Part shown: in pieces, positions 23,350 to 34,335 of the stretch
Position numbering within the stretch: position 1 is the first letter of the stretch
Layout of the letters: every line of letters begins with the position of its first letter
Assembly: GCA_000004695.1 (NCBI GenBank)
Contig: CM000150.2
Location: 2,944,001-3,008,000, forward strand
Source of the DNA: Dictyostelium discoideum
Lineage: Eukaryota
Length of the DNA: 64,000 nt
Direction of reading: 5' to 3'
Translations under genes and position numbers: made by a program
Notes under the pieces: model-generated
Database searches by the model: none
What the model was told of the DNA's origin: nothing
Seen by the model: only the letters and a program-made list of their open reading frames with translations

Positions 23350-24528
23350 TTATGAATTCATAAAATAGTTCTGTTTACTGTTTACAATTTGTGGTCCATA
23401 TTCATCATAATCTTCAAGTGATATCCAATGATGTCTGAAAGTTGATAATGAAGAAAATATTGAACCACCAATCCATGATAGATTTCTTCTATCTGGAATT
23501 TCAAAGATATTGAATTTTAAAGAAGAAGGGGATAAATTTGATAATTCATTTGATAATCTCTCTGAAAAACCTTTAAATAATGTTGAACCACCAGTTATAA
23601 CTATACTATTTTGTAATTGAATACGTTCTTGAACATCACATTTTAAGAATGAATTATAAATATGTTCATGAATACCACCAACTGATGATGATTCACAACC
23701 AACTAATGATGGTTGAAATAATGGTTCAGTTGATTGAAATAGTTCATTAGTTAATGATATAACCCTACCATCTACTAATTCATATTCCTTAATACTACTA
23801 ATATTAGTTGCTGCTTTTTGCATATCCAAATTATAATTTAATGATACGTAACCTAACTTTTCTTTAATATCATTAACAATTAAATTTTCATTATACGTAT
23901 TGAATTTATAATCGCGGTTTTTTAAAAACTCCATTAAAAAATTAGATAAATCGTTACCACCCAATGGTAAATGTGACATTGCTTTGGTGATTATTTTACC
24001 TTGATAAATGGGTACTGTATAGCTTTCACCAAAACCACAATGAGCAATGATAGCACTTTCTTTACCAGAGCCAATTAATGATAGTGACGCTCTATTTGTG
24101 ACACTTGCTAATTTTGAATTATAAGTTTCAAATAAAAGTTGAGTCAAACGTTCTCTATTCATCTTTGAATTAAATGGTGAATCCGTAATTAATATTGGAT
24201 ATTCGTCACATGATATATTCAATACTTGATGAAATGAATAATTTAAAAGTTTCTCCATATCATCCCAATTTATGATTGAACCACGTTCAATTGGATGTTT
24301 GATTGATATATTGGTTTTTTGAGTTTCAACTTCGTGTCCTGCAAATATAACTTTTTTATTTGGTGCACCATATAATACTTCATAATATTTGGTTCTACCA
24401 ATAATAGTTGGAAATTCATTTCTTGGTGTTAATTCTTCATTTGAAAATCCAACCTTTGTAAAACCTGATCCACAATCAATTATAACTGAGTTTCTAATTT
24501 CTTCATTATTATTATTAATATCATTCAT
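23350..24528 (-). CDS. Divergent actin-related protein, Arp10/Arp11-like. 392 aa.
   Basis: Actin-fold signatures: IIDCGSGFTKVGFSNEE...FPTIIGR (compare actin VVDNGSGMCKAGFAGDD...FPSIVGR), LPLGGNDLSNFL, IVITGGSTLFKGFSERL, WIGGSIFSSLSTF. The FTK.GF and LPLGG motifs resemble dynactin Arp11/ACTR10. Confidence 0.65.
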   Translation of the reverse strand: MNDINNNNEEIRNSVIIDCGSGFTKVGFSNEELTPRNEFPTIIGRTKYYEVLYGAPNKKVIFAGHEVETQKTNISIKHPIERGSIINWDDMEKLLNYSFHQVLNISCDEYPILITDSPFNSKMNRERLTQLLFETYNSKLASVTNRASLSLIGSGKESAIIAHCGFGESYTVPIYQGKIITKAMSHLPLGGNDLSNFLMEFLKNRDYKFNTYNENLIVNDIKEKLGYVSLNYNLDMQKAATNISSIKEYELVDGRVISLTNELFQSTEPLFQPSLVGCESSSVGGIHEHIYNSFLKCDVQERIQLQNSIVITGGSTLFKGFSERLSNELSNLSPSSLKFNIFEIPDRRNLSWIGGSIFSSLSTFRHHWISLEDYDEYGPQIVNSKQNYFMNS

Positions 24529-24825
24529 TTTATTTTATATATTTATTTTAAAAAAAAAAAAATAAAAAATAAAAAAAAAAAAACTAATAGTTTTTGATAA
24601 CTTTTTTTTTTTTTTTTTTTTTTTTTTTCCTTGAAAAAATTTATTAATAAAACCAAAATCTAATTTCAATCAAAATTTTTTTATTGATAATAATTATTTG
24701 TTCAAATTCAAATTCAAATTCAGTTTTAAATTCAAATCCGAATTTAGAAATAAAAGAAAAAAAAAAAAAAAAAAAAAAAAAAATATTTTGTGTAAATATG
24801 GCAAAATTTTCGTTTTGGAGTGAAA

Positions 24826-24861
<36 letters not shown>

Positions 24862-25016
24862 AAAAAAAAAAAAAAAAAAAAGATTTTTTTTTTTATTTTT
24901 TTTTTTTTATTTTTTTTTTTTTATTTTTTTTTTTGTTTTATTATTTTTATTAAAATATATGAATAATATATTATTCTTTTTCTACAATTTATACATATAA
25001 ATAAAAACAAATTAAA

Positions 25017-25924
25017 ATGCCTTCTATATTAAAAGTTCGAATTATAGAAGGTAGAGATCTACCAATTATGGATAGAAGCTCAGCTTTAGCAGATGCTTTT
25101 GTTGAAGTAGGTATTTTCTTTTTTTTTTTTTATAATTATGATCATAATGAATCATAATTATAAAAAATAGATTGTTTTATTTTATTTTATTTTATTTTAT
25201 ATTAATATATTTCTTTTTATTTTAATTATAATAAAAAAAAAAAAAAAAAATAGATAAGGTGTGGTCAGAATGATCCACAAAAAACCGATATTCAAAAGAA
25301 AACATTAAATCCAGTATGGAATCAAGATTTTAGATTTGATTTTCCAAATGATGTTGATATTCAGGATAATCCATTAGATATCAGAGTTTGGGATTATGAT
25401 TTAGTTTCAAAGAATGATGTCATTGGTTCAGTTTTAATCGATTTAAATGTATTATTAGATGGTGAAACACCAACTTCTCAAATTAATGGTTGGTTCCCAA
25501 TCTATGATACTTTACGTGGTATCAGAGGTGAATTATTAATAACAGTTAAATTAGAGAAATTCCAAAATGCTAATCCTTTTAAAGAATCTTCTGATGGTGT
25601 TCAATTCTTTTCAAGTATATATATTTACTTTCTAAAAAAAAAAAAAAAAAATTTATTTATTTATTTATATATTTTAATTATTAATTTTTTTTTTTTTTTA
25701 AATTAATTCTAGTATCAACACCATTTTCAAATTATAGAATTAATACAATTCATTCATTTGTTGAAGAATTAATTGTAGAGAACGATCCTGAATATCATTG
25801 GACTGATACTTTTAGAGCATCAAGATTATCAAATTTTGAAAGACAATATTTATTATATACATTATCAGGGTATGTAATATATATATATATAATATATAAT
25901 ATTTTATTATCAAATATTAATTTT

Positions 25925-25991
<67 letters not shown>

Positions 25992-27632
25992 TTAAATAAA
26001 ATTATAGTAAATTAAGAAGACAAATGGGTAAAAAAGTATTAGATATGGGTGGTAATGCAGTATTAGGATATAAACAACATTTTGATTTAGAAGGTGATTC
26101 TGGTATTGTTGCAAGAGGTTATGGTACAGCAGTTACATTAAGAAAAGTTGTTGAATCAGATTTAATTTATTCACCAAAGAATAATTCAAACTCTTCTTCA
26201 TCTTCCTCTTCATCATCTTCTTCATCTTCCTCTTCTTCAGATTCAGATTCAGATGATTCAGATGACCCAACTGATGATTTAACAGAAACAAGTAGTAGTA
26301 GCAGTGATTCATCATCAAATAGTATATTAAAAGAAAATAGAAGAAAAAGAAGAAATAAATTATTAAATCTTCATTCAGATGTACAACTTTTAACATTAAA
26401 TTCATTTCAATCAAATATTGTAGTTCATTTAGGTGGTGTAGTTGCAACTAAATCTGTTAAAATTTTAAAGAAATCAAATACTCAAGAGATGAGAGATCAA
26501 TATTGGACAGAGATTCGTAATGAAATTAAAAATCATGCAAAATCATTAGGTTGTAATTATATCATTGGTTATTCGGAAACTACTACCATTCAACAAGATG
26601 AGGATCTTTGTATATTTAGTGCAACTGGTACAGCAGCAATTTTAGATCTTTTAGATGGTGGTGGAGGTGGTGTTAATTTAACTGTAAATAACCCAAGTAA
26701 ACGTGCATTATTATATAATAATAAACAACAACAACAACAAGTTGTTGGTAGTAGTGGTGGTGATATTGAATCAAGTGAAGATATTAACCCAGGTAGTTTT
26801 AAAAAAAATAGTTTAGGTGGTCCAGGTAGTACTGGTATGATACCAATGCAACAAAATAGAAAGAAATCAAATGTTGGCTCACTATCAGGTTCTATAGAAG
26901 ATCAATCACATTATTTAAATAGTGATAATAATCAACAATTAATGAGTACTAGTAATGGTGGAATTTATGATTCAAGAAAGAATTTAAATTTTGGTGTTGG
27001 TAGTAAAAAGAATCAAAAAGCGAAATTAGGTTGTCATATTTGTCATATACCATATCACCCATCATCATCAACATCAAATTCACCACCTGCAAAATGTTCA
27101 GTATGTAAAAAGAAATATGTACCAGAGGTACTTTTAGCAACTATAGAGCCACCACCAGGTACACCAATTACAGGTGGAGGTTGTTTGATTCAAGCAAGAG
27201 CATGTAAATTGAAAAAGAAATCACAAGGTGAAGAATCAAATGCAATTCAATTATCAGAGAGTATCCCATTCGTAGAGTATGATTTACATAATCAAATTAT
27301 GTACAAGTTGAAATTGTTGGGTATGAATGCTGCATTTAGTTTTAAAACTCAAATTACATTTAGTGATACATTGGTTATTGGTGTTGCCACAGCAACTGCA
27401 GTTTTCCTAACACCATTACCTTCACCACCAATCTTACAAATTTCTCGTTCTTTAGAGATTACCGATGAAAAAACTAGACGTCTTCATGAATTACAAACTA
27501 AAATCGAGAAAAAGAGTCATCAAAATCATAATCAATTATCAAAAGCTTCAAATCATTTTCAACCTGATCCAATGTTTTTATATTTACAATATAATCAATA
27601 TCAACAACAACATCAACAACATTATCATAATC

Positions 27633-27666
<34 letters not shown>

Positions 27667-30040
27667 TGGTCACCATGGTCACCACGGTCATCATAGTCAT
27701 AGTCATAGTCATCATGGTTATCAAAATAAAAGAGGTAAATCACCAATATCACCAAGTGGTTCAGTTTTACCAAATGCTCTAATTTCAAATAGTGAAAGTG
27801 AAGATAATAGAAATAAAAATAGAAATAATAATAATAATAATACCGATAAAGATCATGATGATTATTTATTAGATAGTTCTTATGATTTATCAAGGTCCGA
27901 TAATAATAGTATAAATACACCACATAAAAAGAAATCAAGTGGTAGGGATAAAAAGAAATCTTCATCATCATCTAAAAAATCAAAGAAACCTTCTTCTTCT
28001 TCAAAAAGTAAATCACATAAACATGAAACCTCAAGTGATGATGATGAACATTATAGAAGGAGATCATCAAAATCAAAAAGTTCAAGTAAAAAGAGTAGTG
28101 GTAGTAGGGATAAAAAGAAATCAAGTAGTACTACTAGAAAAAGAAGTCATACAAGTGATAATATTTCACCATTATCAGATGGTGCATATAATGAGGAGAA
28201 TAGTGACTATGATGAATCTGGTCCAGATTTAGAAGGTAATGAAACAAATAACGATACTACTGATTATGATACTGATGTTGATACTTCTGATGATGATTTA
28301 GCAAATAATACTGAACATAAACGAAGACAACAATTAAAGAAATCATCATTAAATGTTAGAAGAAAAAGATCATCAGTTTCAAATTTATCAAGTTTAACAA
28401 CCACCACCACCACAACAACAACTTCAACATCTTTAAATGATCATCAAGATCAACTTAGTAATAAAAATAGTAGCAGTAGTGGTACAATACCAATTCCATT
28501 AAATAATAATGTTTTAAAGAAAACAATTGCAGCATCAAATGTTGGTGTATCATTATCAAGTTCTGGTGAATCTGATAATCCATTATTATTAAACTATCAA
28601 CCAGAGAATATAAATGAATCAAACAATGCCTATATCGTTGAGATTGATGATAAATTGGATGAAGATAAAATGAGAACTTTATTGGATTTCGATTTATTAC
28701 CAGGTTTTTCAATTTGTAATACTGAAGTATTACCAGGTCAAACCAAACCAGTTACAAACGTTCAATTAATTACTGCAATTAGAAGAGTAGAATGGGATGC
28801 TGTCGATCCAAACTATTTAAATACTCAATTATCTTCAATTTTTAATAGTCTTTATGAAAGTATTATGTTTAAACTTCGTGAACTATCACCATGTTGTATT
28901 TGTGGTATTAAATTGGATATTAAAATACCGGAAGATGATCAAGTTCAAATCGTTTTAACAGCAATGGTTACAATTCAAATGGAAGATTTTGATACAAGTT
29001 TAATTTCAACTCCATTATTATTAGATCAACAACAACAACAACAACAACAACAATTACAACATCAACAATTATTACAACAAATTCAACAAGGTTCATCCTC
29101 CATTGTTAACAGTAGTGGTAGTATAAATATTGTTAACAATGGTAGCGTCATCAATAATAGTAGTGGTAATATTGGTGATTTAATTAATAATAGTGGTAAT
29201 TCTTCCATTGCTAATCCATTAATACCACCACCAATGAATCTATCATCAAATAAACTTTCAATTCCTTCAACTATAACTGTACCACAATTACCAATTGCAA
29301 ATTCACCATTTAGTAATATTAATAATATTAATATTAATAATAATAATAATATTATACAACAAAAGAATGAAATTTCAACAACAACAACAACAACAAATAT
29401 ATTAAAACCTCAAACATCTTCATCACAATTATCACCAAATGTAATGGCATCAGCTTTACCAAATGATTTACAATTTGATATGTCTCCACCAAAATCACCA
29501 ATGAAAAAAACTTCAGATTCAATATCCAATAATAATAATAATAGTAATAATAATAATAATGTACCATATTATCATAGTAATGAAAGAATTAAAGAATTAT
29601 TAGGATCAAGAAATGTTGAACAAAGACATGTTGAATTAACTCCACTATCTTATTTACCTGGTAGTAAATTGGAGAAATATTTAGGTCGTATTAATATTCA
29701 TTTGATTAAAGAAAGTTTTAGTGTTAGAGATCAAGGTGGTCTTGGTGTATTTGGTCATGTTTTCTTAAGAGAAGCAAATGCTATCGCAAGAGCTCATGTT
29801 ATGGGTATGGGTGGTAATGCTTTAATTGGTTATCATATTGACGAGTTCACTTTAATTTTAGATTCTGGTCCAAAAGGTCAAGCCTATTCTTTAATTAGTA
29901 TTAGTGGTGATGCTTATAGTTCTACAAATGATCTTTATGGTTTAAACCCTCAAAAACAATTACAACAAAATTTATCGCAACAACAAACTTTACCACAACA
30001 ACAATATAATTATAGTTCTTCAAATTTACAATATAATTAG
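25017..30040 (+). CDS. C2CD5 (CDP138/KIAA0528) homolog: N-terminal C2 domain, conserved central module, and a C-terminal YbjQ/DUF74-like half-domain, with long low-complexity inserts. join(25017..25106, 25254..25623, 25713..25869, 26008..30040), about 1550 aa.
   Basis: Exon 1 MPSILKVRIIEGRDLPIMDRSSALADAFVE (human C2CD5: MPGKLKVKIVAGRHLPVMDRASDLTDAFVEV) ends at GTAGGT. Exon 2: ...KTDIQKKTLNPVWNQDFRF...INGWFPIYDTLRGIRGELLITVKLEKF, ending at A|GTATAT. Exon 3: ...HSFVEELIVENDPEYHWTDTFRASRLSNFERQYLLYTLSG|GTATGT. Exon 4: (G)KLRRQMGKKVLDMGGNAVLGYKQHFDLEGDSGIVARGYGTAVTL ... to the C-terminal HVMGMGGNALIGYHIDEFTLILDSG...ISGDAY. Splice phases check (0/1/2). Confidence 0.8.
25931..25992. repeat. (ATT)n microsatellite inside intron 3 of the C2CD5 homolog.
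   Basis: Perfect trinucleotide run. Confidence 0.9.
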
Positions 30041-30163
30041 AACTTTTTATTAGTTTTAAAAAAATAATAATAATATTAAAAAATAATAATAAAATATTTT
30101 TATTATTCATTAACAATTTTATTTATTTTTTCATTTATTATCGATTGTTTTATCTATTTTTCA

Positions 30164-30214
<51 letters not shown>

Positions 30215-30418
30215 TGTTTAAATAAATATCCATTATTTTGACCATTATATCAATGAAAATGCTGTTAAACAAAAATAAAGATTTTAATAATAACCATTAT
30301 AGTTTAAAATAAAAAAATTACTAAAAAAACACAATCACCTTAAAAAAAACAAATAAAAATCTTTTTAAAGTTTTTAAAATACAAGAGAATACATTTTTTT
30401 TTTTTTTTTTTTATTTTT

Positions 30419-31425
30419 TTACCATCTACCATTTGGTCTTGCACCTTTTCCATTTGAATAAGCAAATGTACGAGTTTGTGGTTGAGTAAAAGTTGCTGCA
30501 CATTTTCCACACACTGGGCCATCCTTTTCGATATATCCTTTCTCTAAACTTCCTTTACATTGAGAACAAACAAAACACTATTTTTTTTTTTTTTTATTTG
30601 AAAAATAATTAATTATTTATTTATTTTAATAAAAATAATAATAATAATAATTACTTACATTTGGATGATATTTATTACCACTAACAACAGTAAAAGTTGA
30701 ATCAATTGGTTTTTTACAAGCAAAACAATTTACTTGTTTAGATTTATCTGAACATGATTTACAAATTGCAGAACCGTCAGAACCTGTAACAAATTGATTT
30801 TTACCAATTGATGATGAACATTTTGAGCATGTAAAACAATTACTATGATAAATATTACCACCAAATGAAACTGCTTCATTATCTGGGTCTGCTTGAATCT
30901 GATTTCTACACCATGTACAAATATCTTTACCTTTTTGTAAATTATTATATAAGTTGGTTTTCATTTCAAATTTTTCTTTGGTTTTTTCATCATTTTGAGT
31001 TATTGCACTTGCTGATCCAAATTTGGAAATTGCAAAATTTGGATTAAATTTAATTTCAGTAAAACACTTTAATAATTAATAAAATTTTTTTAATAAATTA
31101 AATAATAATAAAAACAAAAAGTAAATATAAATAGAATCACACATACACTTTTACAACAAGGAATACCTGAAATTTCTGAAAAATCGTTATCTGATAAAAC
31201 TTTTGAACAAGATGCACATGTAAAACATTTTGAATGATAAATTTTACCCAATACTTGTTTATGTTCTGCTGATGCAATGATTGGTCCTGAACATTTTGAA
31301 CAGTTTAAATCTTGACTAAAACATTGTTCATGATATTTTTTAAAATTTGATGTCTTTATATTATCTGTTGATTTGAATGGTTTATTACATCCAATACATA
31401 AATTATTATTTGTTTCAGTGGACAT
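30419..31425 (-). CDS. Multi-LIM-domain protein. join(31425..31147, 31066..30659, 30577..30419), about 281 aa.
   Basis: Five LIM-type Cys/His zinc-finger units, e.g. CIGCNKPF...YHEQCF, CSKCSGPI...YHSKCFTCASC, CTWCRNQI...YHSNCFTCSKC, CKSCSDK...CFACKKPI...YHPN, CSQCKGSL...CGKC. Exon 1 ends CCKS|GTATGT. Exon 2 (CFTEIKFNPNF...KYHPN) ends at GTAAGT. Exon 3 is FVCSQCKGSLEKGYIEKDGPVCGKCAATFTQPQTRTFAYSNGKGARPNGRW*. Confidence 0.7.
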
Positions 31426-31700
31426 TTTCTATATGGATTTGTATTATATATTAAAATATTAATTTTTTTTTTTTTTGATTTTTTAATTTTTTTTTTTTTT
31501 TTTTTTTTTTTTTCAAATAATCAAAATGGGTTTTTTTTTTTTTTTCATCGAATAAACAAAAAAATAAAAACACAAATAAAATTTTTATTTTTAGTTTGAC
31601 TAGATATTTTATTTTTTTTTTTTACCAAAAAGTTTTTTTTTATTTTATTTTTTTTCGTTTCGCCTTTTTTTAATTTTTAATTTTTAATTTTTTAATTTTT

Positions 31701-31741
<41 letters not shown>

Positions 31742-31743
31742 AA

Positions 31744-33120
31744 ATGAAAGAAAAAACAATGGATGATGATGATATAAAAATTAAATTTGTAAATATAAAA
31801 TCAGAAAATGTGTTTTTAATAGAAACATATTTTAAAGGATTTGAAAAATTACCAAGAAGAGATTGGGAAAGAGGATTAGAATATATAGTTGGTCAAATGG
31901 AAAATGATCATGTAGTAACAAAAGGTGACTTTGAAATAGATCCACAAACAAATGAAATCACTGTAATATCAAAAGAACGTGGTATATCATTTGGTGTATC
32001 AGCAAACACTGATAAAACATCATCAACCAGATTTCAATTAGCCAATCCATTTGGTAAAGGTGGTTTAGTTGGTTTTGAATTTAGTGCAGGTCTATATAAA
32101 AATAACAATGGTTCAGTATCATACACTGATAGATTTGGTAATACATTATCTCTTTTAAAATCTTCTCAAGATCCAGTTATAAAAGATAGAAATTTTAAAA
32201 TTGATGAGACTACATTATCCTATTCATTTCAAAAAAATTCAAATAAATTTTCAATTTTTGCAGGTGATAGTACTGTCTCTGTTTTAAATAAAAATAAAAA
32301 CAAAGAGTAAGCAATTTAATAATTTTTTTTTTAAAAAAAAAAAAAAAAAAAAAGTAGAGTTATTAATTTTTTTTTTTTAGACATTTGGCTAATACAGGAT
32401 TAGCATTTAAAACAGGTATTTCACATATTTATTCAAGTAATTTAAGAAGTAAATCTATAAATAGACTCTTTAAAATTCAAAATGAACTTGCATTTCCAAT
32501 TCTATCATCCTGTTCATTTTTTAAATCAAATATAACATATTCTTTAGATTTTCCACTTTACGAACAGTTGGTATGTATAAAAAATAATACTATAATAATA
32601 ATAAAAAGTTAACTAACAATAATAATTTATTATTTATATTTATATATATATTATTTAATTAATTTAGAAATTTAGAGGTGATTTTATAACTGGTGGTATT
32701 TTTAATTTTAGTAAAGATTCAATGATACCAATATCAGAAAGATTTTTTAATGGAAGACATTATAATTTTGAAGGATTTGTTGATTCAAGTTTAACCGAAA
32801 AAGGAAGATCTCCATATTTAGGTAGTAGTTTCTTTTTCACATTTAGAACTGCGTTATTACATAAAATTAAAGATAATGCAAGTGTTATGGCATATCATTG
32901 TATTGGTAACACTGTACTTCCTTTGGATAGTAATGAAACTACTTTTAAATCAACCGCTCTCAAATTATTCTCAACAAATTCAATTCGTTCTTCAATTGGT
33001 CTTGGTATTTCTGTTGATATGGGTTCTGCTGATATTGAATGTAGTTTGGTTAAACCATTATTTTTTAATTCACAAGATGAACTTAATAATTTTGCATTTG
33101 GAATTAATATTAAAATTTAA
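31744..33120 (+). CDS. Omp85/Sam50 (Tob55)-like outer-membrane beta-barrel protein (bacterial surface antigen D15 family). join(31744..32306, 32381..32570, 32668..33120), about 400 aa.
   Basis: Alternating beta-strand-like pattern and a C-terminal module ...ERFFNGRHYNFEGF... resembling the Omp85 ErFflGG..lRGF motif. The protein ends with hydrophobic strands (FAFGINIKI). Exon 1 ends GA|GTAAGC. Exon 2 runs from (A)HLANTGLAFK to ...YEQL, ending at GTATGT. Exon 3 starts KFRGDFITGG.... The family assignment is tentative. Confidence 0.5.
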
Positions 33121-34335
33121 AAAAAAAAATAAAATAAAATAATTTAAGAAAATTTAAAATAAATAAATCTCATTAATTACATTATTCATTTTCACCAAAA
33201 AATAATTATAATAATTAAAATAATTAAAAAAAAATAAAAAATAAAAAAAAATAAAAAAAGAAATAAAATAAATAATTCTCACTATCCTGTAAATATATAA
33301 ATCTTATTAAAAAAATAATAATAATAATAAAAATGATAAAAAAAACCCTTTTTATCTTTTTTGGAAATTTCAAATAATTCCTGATTTAGTAATTGTTTTA
33401 TTTTGGTTAAATTGAAAAAAAAAGTAAAAATTAAAAAGTAATAATTCCTTTTTAAAACTTTCAGATCAAGGTCGAATTAAATCATTTAAAATGGGAAAGT
33501 ATAAATTGAATAAAATTTTTTTTTTTTTTCATTATCAATTCAAACCAACAAAGAATGTAAAAAACAAATAATGGAAATCAAAAAAAACAAATAAAAAAAA
33601 TAAAGGTAAAATATTTTTTAAATAAATAATTATATTTATAATAAAAATAATAAATTACCATAATTCTAACAAAAAAAAAAAAATATAAAATAAAATAAAA
33701 AAAATTATAATTTTTTAAAAAATAGGATTTCTAAATGCTAAAATAGAAAGTAGAACTTGTATCTATAACAATCTAATGTTAGAGAAAGGAAAGATTTATC
33801 TATGCACTATAACATTAAGAAAGTAATGATCAAATAACTCTACATAAATAACCTTTAAAACAACAATAAAAAGTTTACCAACTCTATTAAAATTATAAAA
33901 TGAAACCAATCAATACCAAAGTAGTGTTAAAGAAAGGAAAGATTTATCTATGCACTTTGACATTAAAAATGGTTAAATGATTATATGTTTCAACAATTCA
34001 AGAAACTTCTTAAAAAAAAAAAATAATAAAAATAAAGAATAAAAAGTTTTTTACATAATTAATTTATTAAATAAATATTATCAAACACTTTTATTATATT
34101 ATTATTATGGTAAAAAAAAAAAAAAGATTATAAAAGGAAGTTGTTGTTGTTTATTTTAATGATATTTTAAAAAAAAAAAAAAGAATTAAATAAAAGAAAA
34201 TCTTTTTTTAATTTTTATTCTTGAAATCTAAATAATTTTTAAATAATTATTTTAATATTACTATTATGATTTATTATTATCTTTTTTTTTTATTTTTTTT
34301 TTATTTTTATTTTTATTTTTTTTTTTAATATAATT

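Noticed and set aside
25107-25253. Alternative C2CD5 exon 1 donor at 25111 (GTATTT), giving AFVEV
   Set aside because: The phase does not fit any downstream acceptor without creating a stop. The GTAGGT donor at 25107 with the acceptor at 25253 gives a clean phase-0 junction and an alignment to human C2CD5.
26133-28712. Several 60-160 aa ORFs overlapping the C2CD5 exon 4 on either strand
   Set aside because: Low-complexity frame artefacts inside a long, well-supported CDS.
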